Virus record (IMG/VR): IMGVR_UViG_3300025316_000590
Location: 64,134-128,133 of that record
DNA length: 64,000 nt
Strand: one strand, 5' to 3'
Source: a virus
Taxonomy: Duplodnaviria > Heunggongvirae > Uroviricota > Caudoviricetes
A program made the position numbers and the translations under genes. Position 1 is the first letter of the stretch. The number at the start of each line of letters is the position of its first letter. Shown here piece by piece: positions 37,875-45,653 of the stretch. Below the pieces are notes generated by a model. That model saw only the letters and a list, made by a program, of their open reading frames with translations, searched no databases and was not told the DNA's origin.

Positions 37875-38333
37875 TTGGAGGGCGTAAGTATGCTATGCAG
37901 AGTATGCAACGAGCGAGAGGTTCCTGAAGGCCACAAACGGAACAGGAATTACATTTGTAGCCAGTGCCACTACGGACGATACAAGGAAAAGGCACAAATC
38001 CTAAATCGAAGGAACGGTAAACGTTACCGCAAGGAGTTGCGGGAACGTATGTTTGATGCTTACGGCAGGGAGTGTGTTTACTGCCACAGCACGACGAATT
38101 TGCAGTTCGATCATACTAACGGTGACGGTTGCCGCAAAACGCGGGGATATGATACGCGGCAGTGGTTTCTGATGCTTATTGCCGCAGGATTCCCGCCTAG
38201 CTGCCAAGTGGTGTGCGGGCAGTGTAACGTAGCAAAACAGAATATGACCGATGCTCAGTTCCGAGCCTGGATCAAGATGGTATATCACGCTATTCACGGC
38301 GTGGAACGGCGACGCATACGGAGTACTACATGA
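37875..38333 (+). CDS. HNH endonuclease inserted in the NDT-like gene
   Basis: YGRECVYC..NLQFDHTNGDG..CQVVCGQCN. ATG at 37890 is an alternative start. Confidence 0.8.
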   Translation: MEGVSMLCRVCNEREVPEGHKRNRNYICSQCHYGRYKEKAQILNRRNGKRYRKELRERMFDAYGRECVYCHSTTNLQFDHTNGDGCRKTRGYDTRQWFLMLIAAGFPPSCQVVCGQCNVAKQNMTDAQFRAWIKMVYHAIHGVERRRIRSTT

Positions 38334-38572
38334 TCCTTCAACACCGAGCGATCCAGGGCCGCTGGAACGAAGGGCTTCAGCGGATTAACGATGCCGCGAT
38401 CATGAACGCCGACGTCATCGTGGTGCTGACGCCGCGGGACGTGCCCGCCGAAGGAACAGCACGCGAGGTCAAATTGGCGAAGCGGTTCAACATACCAGTC
38501 ATTACCGCCCCACCAGGCAGCGATAGAAATCTCAGCACGCTCGTTGAAAGCTGCCTTGAGGAGGCTCGATGA
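38330..38572 (+). CDS. C-terminal half of the split NDT-like protein
   Basis: HRAI..INDAAIMNADVIVVL..GTAREVKLAKRFNIPV carries the GTxxE catalytic motif; ATGA overlap with the HNH stop. Confidence 0.7.
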   Translation: MILQHRAIQGRWNEGLQRINDAAIMNADVIVVLTPRDVPAEGTAREVKLAKRFNIPVITAPPGSDRNLSTLVESCLEEAR

Positions 38573-39477
38573 ACTTCCACGAGTTCCCACTGTTCTACGT
38601 TTCGGCCAAACGCCTGGGCATGGTTCCCAGAGGCGTCTCATCTGCGGTGTTCTACGCGAACCACTTTCGTGATATGCATTGCATCGGAACATCCGCCGAG
38701 GCTGAAGTGCTGGGCGTTCACCTGTTCATGGAAGGCTGGTGGGCGGAGCATAACCGGCCCTTCTATAACGTGTGGCCTAAGATCATCCCGATGCTGACCC
38801 GCCTCGACCTGTCACAGATCACGGGCAAGATGCTGAAGTCTCCCAAGCAGGTCATGTGTCTGCGGTTCCCGCAGGAAGGAAACCCGTTGACCCGCGACGG
38901 CGTGACTCTGCGGTCGATGCTGGTTGGTCCGGTCAGCACAACCGCAGGTCACCCGGCCTATTTCACGGCACAGGACTACGGAGAAACGATAAGCGGCCTG
39001 CCCGTGGTATCAACGAACTGGGTGCCGCTGCGGCCCGACCAGCCGCTGCTGGAGACCTTCGGCGGTTGCAAGAAGCGGGAATCCGCGATGGACGGCATCC
39101 AGATTCCCGAGGAACTAATGCTAGATGTGTGGCGTCTGGTGTTCACCTTGTCCCTACTGGATGATGATCCCGAATTGATCGAACGCATCGTCCTCGCCGC
39201 CGACCGGAACGACTATGATCGCAGCGGTGACCAGAAGTACGTTGCCAAGGCGGAACGTCGCGGCGTGTTGGGTTGGGATATCGGCAAACGTGTCGAGGTG
39301 ATGCCGCACTATCGCCGCCCGCACCTGGGCCTGCGGTGGACGGGCGAGGGCCGTACCGTGGCCAAGATCGTGCCGATCAAGGGAGCAATCATTCACCGCG
39401 AGGCTGTTCTTCAACAGCCGACCGGCGAGGAAGGGCCGGTGGACGTGTCTAATGATCAACAAGGAGACAAGCCATGA
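38569..39477 (+). CDS. Hypothetical phage protein with C-terminal HYRRPH..W.G.GR motif
   Basis: 302-aa ORF, GAGG RBS. Confidence 0.75.
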   Translation: MNFHEFPLFYVSAKRLGMVPRGVSSAVFYANHFRDMHCIGTSAEAEVLGVHLFMEGWWAEHNRPFYNVWPKIIPMLTRLDLSQITGKMLKSPKQVMCLRFPQEGNPLTRDGVTLRSMLVGPVSTTAGHPAYFTAQDYGETISGLPVVSTNWVPLRPDQPLLETFGGCKKRESAMDGIQIPEELMLDVWRLVFTLSLLDDDPELIERIVLAADRNDYDRSGDQKYVAKAERRGVLGWDIGKRVEVMPHYRRPHLGLRWTGEGRTVAKIVPIKGAIIHREAVLQQPTGEEGPVDVSNDQQGDKP

Positions 39478-39911
39478 ACGACAGCGACGTTAAGTATGTA
39501 GCTGTACCCCGCACCAATCCTGAGATGTACCAGGAAATTCGTGCGAAGTACTATTCCCGCAAATGGTGGATGGCTATTGGATTTGATGGCGAGGACGCGA
39601 TGTCGGTCATGGAGGCTATCGGTGCAGCCGTCGATCTTACCGGAGACGTCGATGGATCCGTGCTGTATGAGTGCCCCGTGGGGATTTACGGAGATGACGG
39701 TGTACCAGAGAAAGATATATTCTGCATCCTGTTCATTCACAAACGGGTTGACTGGAATGCAATATTCCGAGCGTGTCGTCAAAATCGCCTGGATGCGTTT
39801 CCAGAGCAGCCGCCCCAGCAGGACGTTTTGATTCTTAGCACGAGTCTGCATAAAACAGCCATGACTACCTACGATAATGTTCTGAGCTGTTACTCGCATC
39901 TGGACAACTAG
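39474..39911 (+). CDS. Hypothetical protein
   Basis: AAGGAG RBS; ATGA overlap. Confidence 0.65.
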   Translation: MNDSDVKYVAVPRTNPEMYQEIRAKYYSRKWWMAIGFDGEDAMSVMEAIGAAVDLTGDVDGSVLYECPVGIYGDDGVPEKDIFCILFIHKRVDWNAIFRACRQNRLDAFPEQPPQQDVLILSTSLHKTAMTTYDNVLSCYSHLDN

Positions 39912-39944
39912 CGTGAAACGAAACGAGTAGACCAGATTGAGGAT

Positions 39945-40136
39945 ATGATGCGATACATAGTAATTGAGCACAACAGCCGTGACCCGCAGAACCCGAAGGT
40001 GAAGGTGTTCTCAGGATCGAGTGCGAAGAGTAACGCACTGTTATTCGATGACGTATCATCGAACACATGCCAGATTTACTTTGTGAAGGGCGACCTGACC
40101 CTCCAACCCGTAGAACGAAACGGAAAGTCATCTTGA
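39945..40136 (+). CDS. Small hypothetical protein
   Basis: GAGG RBS. Confidence 0.5.
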   Translation: MMRYIVIEHNSRDPQNPKVKVFSGSSAKSNALLFDDVSSNTCQIYFVKGDLTLQPVERNGKSS

Positions 40137-40148
40137 TCGGAAGTACCT

Positions 40149-40451
40149 ATGAAATCCAAAGACTGGGCTAATCCGCTGCGGAAACACCTGAAGGCCAAAG
40201 GCTGGGCGAGGCAGGACAGGGGCGGTGTCGAGCTATGGCGGGATCCGATTCGCCGCGACACGCTGGGCCACTCCTTCTTTATGACGTTCGCCGGGGCGGT
40301 CAAAGTGCAGAAGAGCCGCGATGACGGCAGCGACAAGATCACCTGCCAGGCCAACATCGTCGATCACGATTTATTCGGCATTCGCAAGTGCAGTCGCAAG
40401 CCAAAGGCGAACGGGTACTGCCACCAGCACAGGAAGCAAGCACAATCATGA
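40149..40451 (+). CDS. Hypothetical protein with C-terminal Cys/His finger
   Basis: C...CSRKPKANGYCHQH. Confidence 0.6.
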   Translation: MKSKDWANPLRKHLKAKGWARQDRGGVELWRDPIRRDTLGHSFFMTFAGAVKVQKSRDDGSDKITCQANIVDHDLFGIRKCSRKPKANGYCHQHRKQAQS

Positions 40452-40825
40452 AGATCACCATCGTAGACCAGATCGTGCGGCCCAAGGTTGAGGGCGGATG
40501 TGAGTGGGGCAATTTTCGCAAGGTGCTGGTCAGGCTCGTGCGGGGCGGAAAGCCCGTGAAGGAACTGTGGTGGATGCCGGGCTTCACGGGTTGGGCCGGC
40601 AGGGGATGTACCGACTACTATCATTCTCAGCTTATGACCGATGCTGAAGACGGCAGCGGACGCCCGCTGGGCGGGGCCAACAGTGAGTGGAAAACACTGC
40701 ACGAGGGCGGCAGGCTCAGCGTGAAACTTATTGCAAAATACGCGAAGCAAATCGACGCGTTCTTCGGTGATTCGGTGTCTGGTCTTATCAGGAATACCAG
40801 AAAAACCATGATCATCGAGGACTAG
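40448..40825 (+). CDS. Hypothetical protein
   Basis: ATGA overlap with the upstream gene. Confidence 0.65.
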   Translation: MKITIVDQIVRPKVEGGCEWGNFRKVLVRLVRGGKPVKELWWMPGFTGWAGRGCTDYYHSQLMTDAEDGSGRPLGGANSEWKTLHEGGRLSVKLIAKYAKQIDAFFGDSVSGLIRNTRKTMIIED

Positions 40826-40829
40826 TCAA

Positions 40830-41624
40830 TTGCCCCACATGCGAGTCTTCATCCGAGTTAGGCTGAGCGAGGCCGGTCGCCGTGCCGACGTGACCGCCGG
40901 CGGCAATGGGGCAGCCGAGTTTGATATCGAGGTGTTCCGGGCAACGACCGCACCGGATGATTGGGCCGCCGTCGTCGATCAGGCCGACCTCGACCGCGAC
41001 GAAGCTGTCCTCGATATGCGAGGCGGTATCACACGCGACGGCATCACTGTACCCATCGCGGACTTCTCGTGGGTTCCCGACGTCAGGCAGGCCCTAGTTG
41101 TCTATCGGGACGCTGTACGAGAATGGGTACGAATGCGATGGGAGGAGGACACTCGCCGAGCAAATCTGGGCCTGCGGCCTGGTGATTTTGATTTCCCGAT
41201 GTGCCGCGACGTGCTACTGCGGGTGCCGGTCTATGAGAAGACGCCCGGCAGCAGGAACTGGATGGCGTCTGTGCGGCTTGCCCCGAACGCACCGGGAGGC
41301 CTGGATCGAGCGTGGATGATGCGGGTGCGCGACGGCGACGACGGTTACTACAGGCTGCGACCGTTGCAAATAGGTGACGTGGTTGAGTTCGGGGCTGACC
41401 TGCTGACCGACCGCAGTAAGAGGTTCAAAAACCGCTGGTACGGATACGTGGTGCGACGTACCGATGATATGCTCGTCTTGCACAAGACCAACACCGCCGA
41501 GGTGGCATTCCGCGAGGGGGCGGTTTACGCAGCCAGCGTTGCCCCGCCGCCCGTCGTGCCCAAGCCCCGCCGACGCCGAATTGGTGGCCATATCGAGGAA
41601 GAACGCCCGACGTGGGAGCTGTGA
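40830..41624 (+). CDS. Hypothetical protein
   Basis: 264-aa ORF ending RPTWEL*. Confidence 0.7.
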   Translation: MPHMRVFIRVRLSEAGRRADVTAGGNGAAEFDIEVFRATTAPDDWAAVVDQADLDRDEAVLDMRGGITRDGITVPIADFSWVPDVRQALVVYRDAVREWVRMRWEEDTRRANLGLRPGDFDFPMCRDVLLRVPVYEKTPGSRNWMASVRLAPNAPGGLDRAWMMRVRDGDDGYYRLRPLQIGDVVEFGADLLTDRSKRFKNRWYGYVVRRTDDMLVLHKTNTAEVAFREGAVYAASVAPPPVVPKPRRRRIGGHIEEERPTWEL

Positions 41625-41737
41625 GGCGACTTTATGCCGCGTGCGGGCCACTGTAGGCCAGACGTGGCGAGGTGTTCCCGACTGCGGCTACCGGGCCACC
41701 CGAGCCGCCTGCCGCACAGCGGGCCTATACAGGCGGC

Positions 41738-42256
41738 TTACACGGGCGGAGCTTCCACAGTCTGATTCCGAAATAGCACCTCGTCTTCGGGCGACCTGAA
41801 GGCATAGAGTATCATGTCTCCGGTGACAAGGGCTAAAACGTCACACTTACCGTTCTGGAACTGGCGGTTTTTGCAGTGCTGAACAAGACTCGTGGTCTTG
41901 TACATTTTGCCAGTCGATACCTGTACGGTGAGCAGGCGGTCGCCGATACCCACAACGAGATCATGCCCACACCCCGCCGAGATCGCACGGTAAACGTCCC
42001 ACCCACGTCGAAGCATATCGACAGAAACGATTAGCTCATGGGCCGCACCCGTATCGCTGTTGCACTTGCAGCTTGACGTTGCGGATGTGGTTCGGAGGAA
42101 TCGTGTGCCAGAACAATCCCAGATATGATCGGCAGTAGCGATGCGTCGCCGCACTGATCGCCTAGCCGCGTTTGATGCACAAGATCGAGAGCAGAACATC
42201 TGGTTGGCGTTGCCGCTGTACCGCCCTCCGCAGAAATCACAGTAGCCTAACATCAT
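41738..42256 (-). CDS. PD-(D/E)XK endonuclease with N-terminal Zn finger
   Basis: CDFC..FCSRSC; GAAHELIV..L..G.DVY...GHDLVV..LLTVQVSTG; GGAG RBS. Confidence 0.75.
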   Translation of the reverse strand: MMLGYCDFCGGRYSGNANQMFCSRSCASNAARRSVRRRIATADHIWDCSGTRFLRTTSATSSCKCNSDTGAAHELIVSVDMLRRGWDVYRAISAGCGHDLVVGIGDRLLTVQVSTGKMYKTTSLVQHCKNRQFQNGKCDVLALVTGDMILYAFRSPEDEVLFRNQTVEAPPV

Positions 42257-42264
42257 TAGACTCC

Positions 42265-42381
42265 ACCCGCCCGCCGTGCATGGCCATACCACTGGAGACG
42301 CACAGCGGGACGGGTAGGTTTGGTTTGTTAGGTGGTATGGCCGAACAGCAGTCATAATAGCACAAACCAGCCCTGTGACCA
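42265..42381 (-). ncRNA. sigma70-type promoter plus endonuclease-leader structured RNA, copy 4
   Basis: TGGTCA-16-TATTAT with extended -10; 42332-42 pairs with 42282-92; 42300-15 pairs with 42265-79. Confidence 0.65.
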
Positions 42382-42445
42382 ACCTGGCCCTTCGGCAGTC
42401 GCCAGTGACCAACCTCGGTGACCAAGTTCCGGTATTTGATTCAAT

Positions 42446-42466
42446 TGGCACAGCGTTCGCATGATA
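42446..42466 (+). promoter_or_regulatory. sigma54-type promoter
   Basis: TGGCAC-AGCGT-TCGCATGATA. Confidence 0.8.
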
Positions 42467-42522
42467 TGCCTCCTAGAAATACAACCTCGCGGGCCAACGC
42501 CCGCCCAAGCAAGGAAACGAAC

Positions 42523-42828
42523 ATGACCGCCACAACGATTCAACTGTCCGCCCTGGCTGACGTGATCCAAGTTTACAGCGGCAGGGCGAACGCCTGCTGC
42601 TGCGGATGCAGCGGCAAGCATACCGTAGCCTCGGCCCACCGAGCCGAAGCGGCCCGACGCTGCGGATACGCGGTGGCTGACGAGGACGTCAGCGACCGCA
42701 CGGTCAAGCTGATCTACAACAAGGTCGCAAAAGCCGCCGAGGCCGGTGTCGAGTTCATTTGCACGGGCGAGTCGAACTGCTGGTCGGTCGATGTCGGCAG
42801 CCGCACGTATTGCCTGTACATAGCATAA
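42523..42828 (+). CDS. Hypothetical protein
   Basis: AAGGA RBS; contains CCCGC. Confidence 0.7.
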   Translation: MTATTIQLSALADVIQVYSGRANACCCGCSGKHTVASAHRAEAARRCGYAVADEDVSDRTVKLIYNKVAKAAEAGVEFICTGESNCWSVDVGSRTYCLYIA

Positions 42829-42840
42829 AGCAGATTCGGC

Positions 42841-42861
42841 TGGCACGCCATTCGCATGATA
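42841..42861 (+). promoter_or_regulatory. sigma54-type promoter
   Basis: TGGCAC-GCCAT-TCGCATGATA. Confidence 0.8.
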
Positions 42862-42873
42862 TGCCAGCCGATA

Positions 42874-43073
42874 GCACCCTGCCGGTAAGCCCGCAAAGAA
42901 TCGTCGCGGGCCTTGGTGCAACCCACCGACCGCCGTTAAGCCAGCACCTAGCAGGACTCGTCGCTGGCCGGTCGGAAACCGCTGAACCCACGGCGGTAAG
43001 CCCTAGCGAGGCTTTGTGGGGTCTTTTCTTCGGACGGGTTAGGTGGGCGAGGGCTCGTAGCTCCTCGCCCACC
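42874..43073 (+). ncRNA. Structured leader: three related hairpins plus a C(UCGUA)G-capped hairpin
   Basis: Stems read directly from the sequence; no plausible ORF. Confidence 0.55.
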
Positions 43074-43099
43074 AACCTCCTAAGCATAGCAGGTGAACC

Positions 43100-43213
43100 A
43101 TGAACGGTAAACGAGCCATCAAAAAGAGCAGCAGGAACAACCCAGTGAAGAAGTCGCTGCGGTTGGTGAAGGCCAAGGTTCGCAAGCTGCATCTCAAAGA
43201 GCATAAGAACTAA
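43100..43213 (+). CDS. 37-aa Lys/Arg-rich peptide (absent from the ORF track)
   Basis: MNGKRAIKKSSRNNPVKKSLRLVKAKVRKLHLKEHKN; AGGTG RBS. Confidence 0.5.
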   Translation: MNGKRAIKKSSRNNPVKKSLRLVKAKVRKLHLKEHKN

Positions 43214-43224
43214 GGAACCTGAAC

Positions 43225-43488
43225 GTGATACAGGCACTGAAAGATCTGGTCGCCGCCGACCAAACCGAGGTCGCGGCCATCAAACGGCAGTTGCGTCAGC
43301 ACCGCAAGGAGCGATACGAGCAACTGGCTCTGACTCTGATGGCCGAGTTCAACCTGCCCCGCGACCGTGTGGATTGCCACATCGCAGAGGGCCGACTGCG
43401 TAATACCGACTTCGTTGAAGTTTGCCGTATTGCCGAGCGTCAGAGCATCGCTTCGCGGAGACAACTTGATCAAGGAGTTCGACGATGA
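43225..43488 (+). CDS. Hypothetical protein
   Basis: AAGGA RBS. Confidence 0.55.
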   Translation: MIQALKDLVAADQTEVAAIKRQLRQHRKERYEQLALTLMAEFNLPRDRVDCHIAEGRLRNTDFVEVCRIAERQSIASRRQLDQGVRR

Positions 43489-43841
43489 ACGCAAACGAAC
43501 CAACAATTCTCAGCAGCGAAGAAGCTGGCGTGAGGATCACCCTCACGCCCGACAAAAAGGAATGGCTGGAGCAGGGCCTGAAGATCGAGTGCCTGAAGGT
43601 GGACTGCGGACGCGAGTTTGAAGTGGGCCACATCCTCGATCCCTATGGCCCCGCGCCAGCCCTGCGTCTCGACGCTCCGCTGGGCGTCCGCACCGTAGCC
43701 CTAATCCTGAAGGCTTTGGAACTGCGACTTGTATGTATTCCTCCTGGGCCAGCCAATGGGCCTACAACGGGCTACCAGGCTGAAACAGGGGCCGAACGGT
43801 CGCATCGGGCCGCGACCCAATGGCCAGATTTCACCCAATGA
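43485..43841 (+). CDS. Hypothetical protein
   Basis: AAGGAG RBS; ATGA overlap. Confidence 0.6.
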   Translation: MNANEPTILSSEEAGVRITLTPDKKEWLEQGLKIECLKVDCGREFEVGHILDPYGPAPALRLDAPLGVRTVALILKALELRLVCIPPGPANGPTTGYQAETGAERSHRAATQWPDFTQ

Positions 43842-43868
43842 GACGTAGACCGTCGAATTCGGATTTAT

Positions 43869-43889
43869 TGGCACGGCATTCGCATGATA
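43869..43889 (+). promoter_or_regulatory. sigma54-type promoter
   Basis: TGGCAC-GGCAT-TCGCATGATA. Confidence 0.8.
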
Positions 43890-43894
43890 TGCTT

Positions 43895-44184
43895 ACCGTT
43901 CCTGCGGCCCTTGCCTGAGTGAGGTGAAGGCCCGACAAGCGAGGTGCGAAGTACAAGCAATACCGGCTCCGTCCCCCGACGCCAAGATCGAGGGCACGAG
44001 GCCGCAGGAGCGAACGGTCCTTAGAACGCGGGGTAAAACCTGCGGGTCAGGTCTTACGGGAGTAAGACCGCAGCGGTTCGATTCCGCAGGGATCACCTCA
44101 GAAACCGAACTGGCTCGAAAATCATGGCTGGGCAACACTCGCGCGTGAGCCCACGGGTTCCTGCGGCCCCAAGAGCAGTTCGGT
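43895..44184 (+). ncRNA. Candidate ~290-nt structured RNA with an internal tRNA-like domain (44016-44095)
   Basis: Long-range stems, a GGGA tetraloop hairpin, a TTCGATT T-loop and an acceptor-like stem; no credible ORF. Confidence 0.6.
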
Positions 44185-44198
44185 GGATTCACAGCGAA

Positions 44199-44219
44199 TG
44201 GCACAGCCTTCGCATGATA
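44199..44219 (+). promoter_or_regulatory. sigma54-type promoter
   Basis: TGGCAC-AGCCT-TCGCATGATA. Confidence 0.8.
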
Positions 44220-44277
44220 GGGTAGGCAGAAAGCAAACACGACCGAGTCGGGTGACGGCCCAAAGTGCGGCGTCCCG

Positions 44278-44403
44278 TTGACGCCGCAGGTAAACCGACT
44301 AGAATAAGGGCAGTCGGTTGACCTCACAACTTGGCCGACAAACGAATCATGACTAACCAACCCGTCCTGCGTGACTTGTGAGGTCAAACGTGGGGCGGGT
44401 TGG
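44278..44403 (+). ncRNA. sigma70-type promoter plus endonuclease-leader structured RNA, copy 3
   Basis: TTGACG-16-TAGAAT; 44318-29 pairs with 44376-87; 44357-71 pairs with 44389-403. Confidence 0.7.
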
Positions 44404-44423
44404 CGTCATTTCGGAGTTATATT

Positions 44424-44921
44424 ATGTCGCGTAATCCAGTTGGTACGGCGTGGCGGGACATGAAGTACCGCTGTTTTAATTCAAGCCACCAAGCCTATTT
44501 TAACTATGGTGGTCGTGGAATTACGGTCTGCTTGGGTTTACAAGATTTTACTAAGTTCACCCAGGTTCTAGGCCCACGACCAGAAGGCTACACTCTTGAC
44601 CGCGAAGATAACGAGGGTAGCTACACCTGTGGTGAATGCGACCAGTGCCGGGAGAATGAGTGGGTGAAGAACGTAAGGTGGGCTACGCGAAGTGATCAGC
44701 AGCTTAACCGAAGGACAACGAATCATACCGTACTGTACAGGGGTGTAAGTCTCCATCTTGGAAAGTACTACTTAGCCCAAATTCGCTGTAACGGGTTACT
44801 ACAATACGTGGGGTGTTTTCCTACGGCAAGGGAAGCCGCCATCGCGTACAACCAGGCGGCTACAGCCATTCGAGGGGCGAACGCTAAGATAAACCGAATT
44901 CGGATTCAGACCGGCACGTGA
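44424..44921 (+). CDS. HNH-type endonuclease with AP2 domain
   Basis: WRDMKYRCFN..YGGRGITVC..LDREDNEG..NVRWAT and YRGV..YLAQI..EAAIAYN. Confidence 0.85.
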   Translation: MSRNPVGTAWRDMKYRCFNSSHQAYFNYGGRGITVCLGLQDFTKFTQVLGPRPEGYTLDREDNEGSYTCGECDQCRENEWVKNVRWATRSDQQLNRRTTNHTVLYRGVSLHLGKYYLAQIRCNGLLQYVGCFPTAREAAIAYNQAATAIRGANAKINRIRIQTGT

Positions 44922-44932
44922 TTCGCATGTTA
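44912..44932 (+). promoter_or_regulatory. sigma54-type promoter
   Basis: CGGCAC-GTGAT-TCGCATGTTA, overlapping the HNH stop codon. Confidence 0.7.
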
Positions 44933-45023
44933 ATTCTTCTGAAATAGGTAGGCTAACCGATAGTAATAAACGCTTACGGTTCACCCGCCTCGGTTCTATA
45001 AACCACAAACCCCTGAAACGACC

Positions 45024-45650
45024 ATGCTAGACAAAACATTCATCCTCGGCGGCAAGGCCATCTTCACCCTTGAGGTTTCGCCGGCCTTCCAAGCAGCCAA
45101 CGCGAGTGCCAAGCCGCACTATACCTACAAGGTCACGCACAAGGCCCCGACCCCGCAGTACCCAAACGAGAAGTGGTTCGTGGCCCTGCTGACCGGCCCT
45201 GATAACACCAACGACTATCAGTACCAGGGGATGCTCGACGCCGCGACCGGAATTTTCATTCGCGGCAAGAAGGCCCTGCCCGAGACCTGCCACCCCCTGC
45301 GGCTGTTCGCCCGAACCATGAAGGCGATTTGGGAAGGCCGCAGCGAGCAGATCGAAGCGGCTGGTTTCAGCCTGCACCACGAAGGACGGTGCGGCTGCTG
45401 CGGTCGCCGCCTGACCACCCCGGCCAGCATCGAGCTGGGCATCGGGCCTGAGTGTGCCGCGAAGCGAGGCTTGGGCCTTGCGGTCGCCGCCGTACACGCG
45501 GCTGACGAGGATATCGACCTTACGGCAGAGCAGCGGGGCGTGCTGAACGCTCTGGGTGTAGAACCTACAGCCGCTGCCCAAAAAGCCCTTGTGCGGGCGG
45601 GCATTCCGACCTACAACACGCCCAACGTACAGCTTTCCCTTTTGAGCTAA
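45024..45650 (+). CDS. DUF6011-like Zn-finger protein
   Basis: GRCGCCGRRLTTPASIELGIGPECA. Confidence 0.8.
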   Translation: MLDKTFILGGKAIFTLEVSPAFQAANASAKPHYTYKVTHKAPTPQYPNEKWFVALLTGPDNTNDYQYQGMLDAATGIFIRGKKALPETCHPLRLFARTMKAIWEGRSEQIEAAGFSLHHEGRCGCCGRRLTTPASIELGIGPECAAKRGLGLAVAAVHAADEDIDLTAEQRGVLNALGVEPTAAAQKALVRAGIPTYNTPNVQLSLLS

Positions 45651-45653
45651 ACT

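Noticed and set aside
37836-38341. Group I or II intron in the NDT-like gene
   Set aside because: The HNH ORF and its promoter fill almost the whole insert, leaving no room for a catalytic core, and group II boundary sequences are absent.
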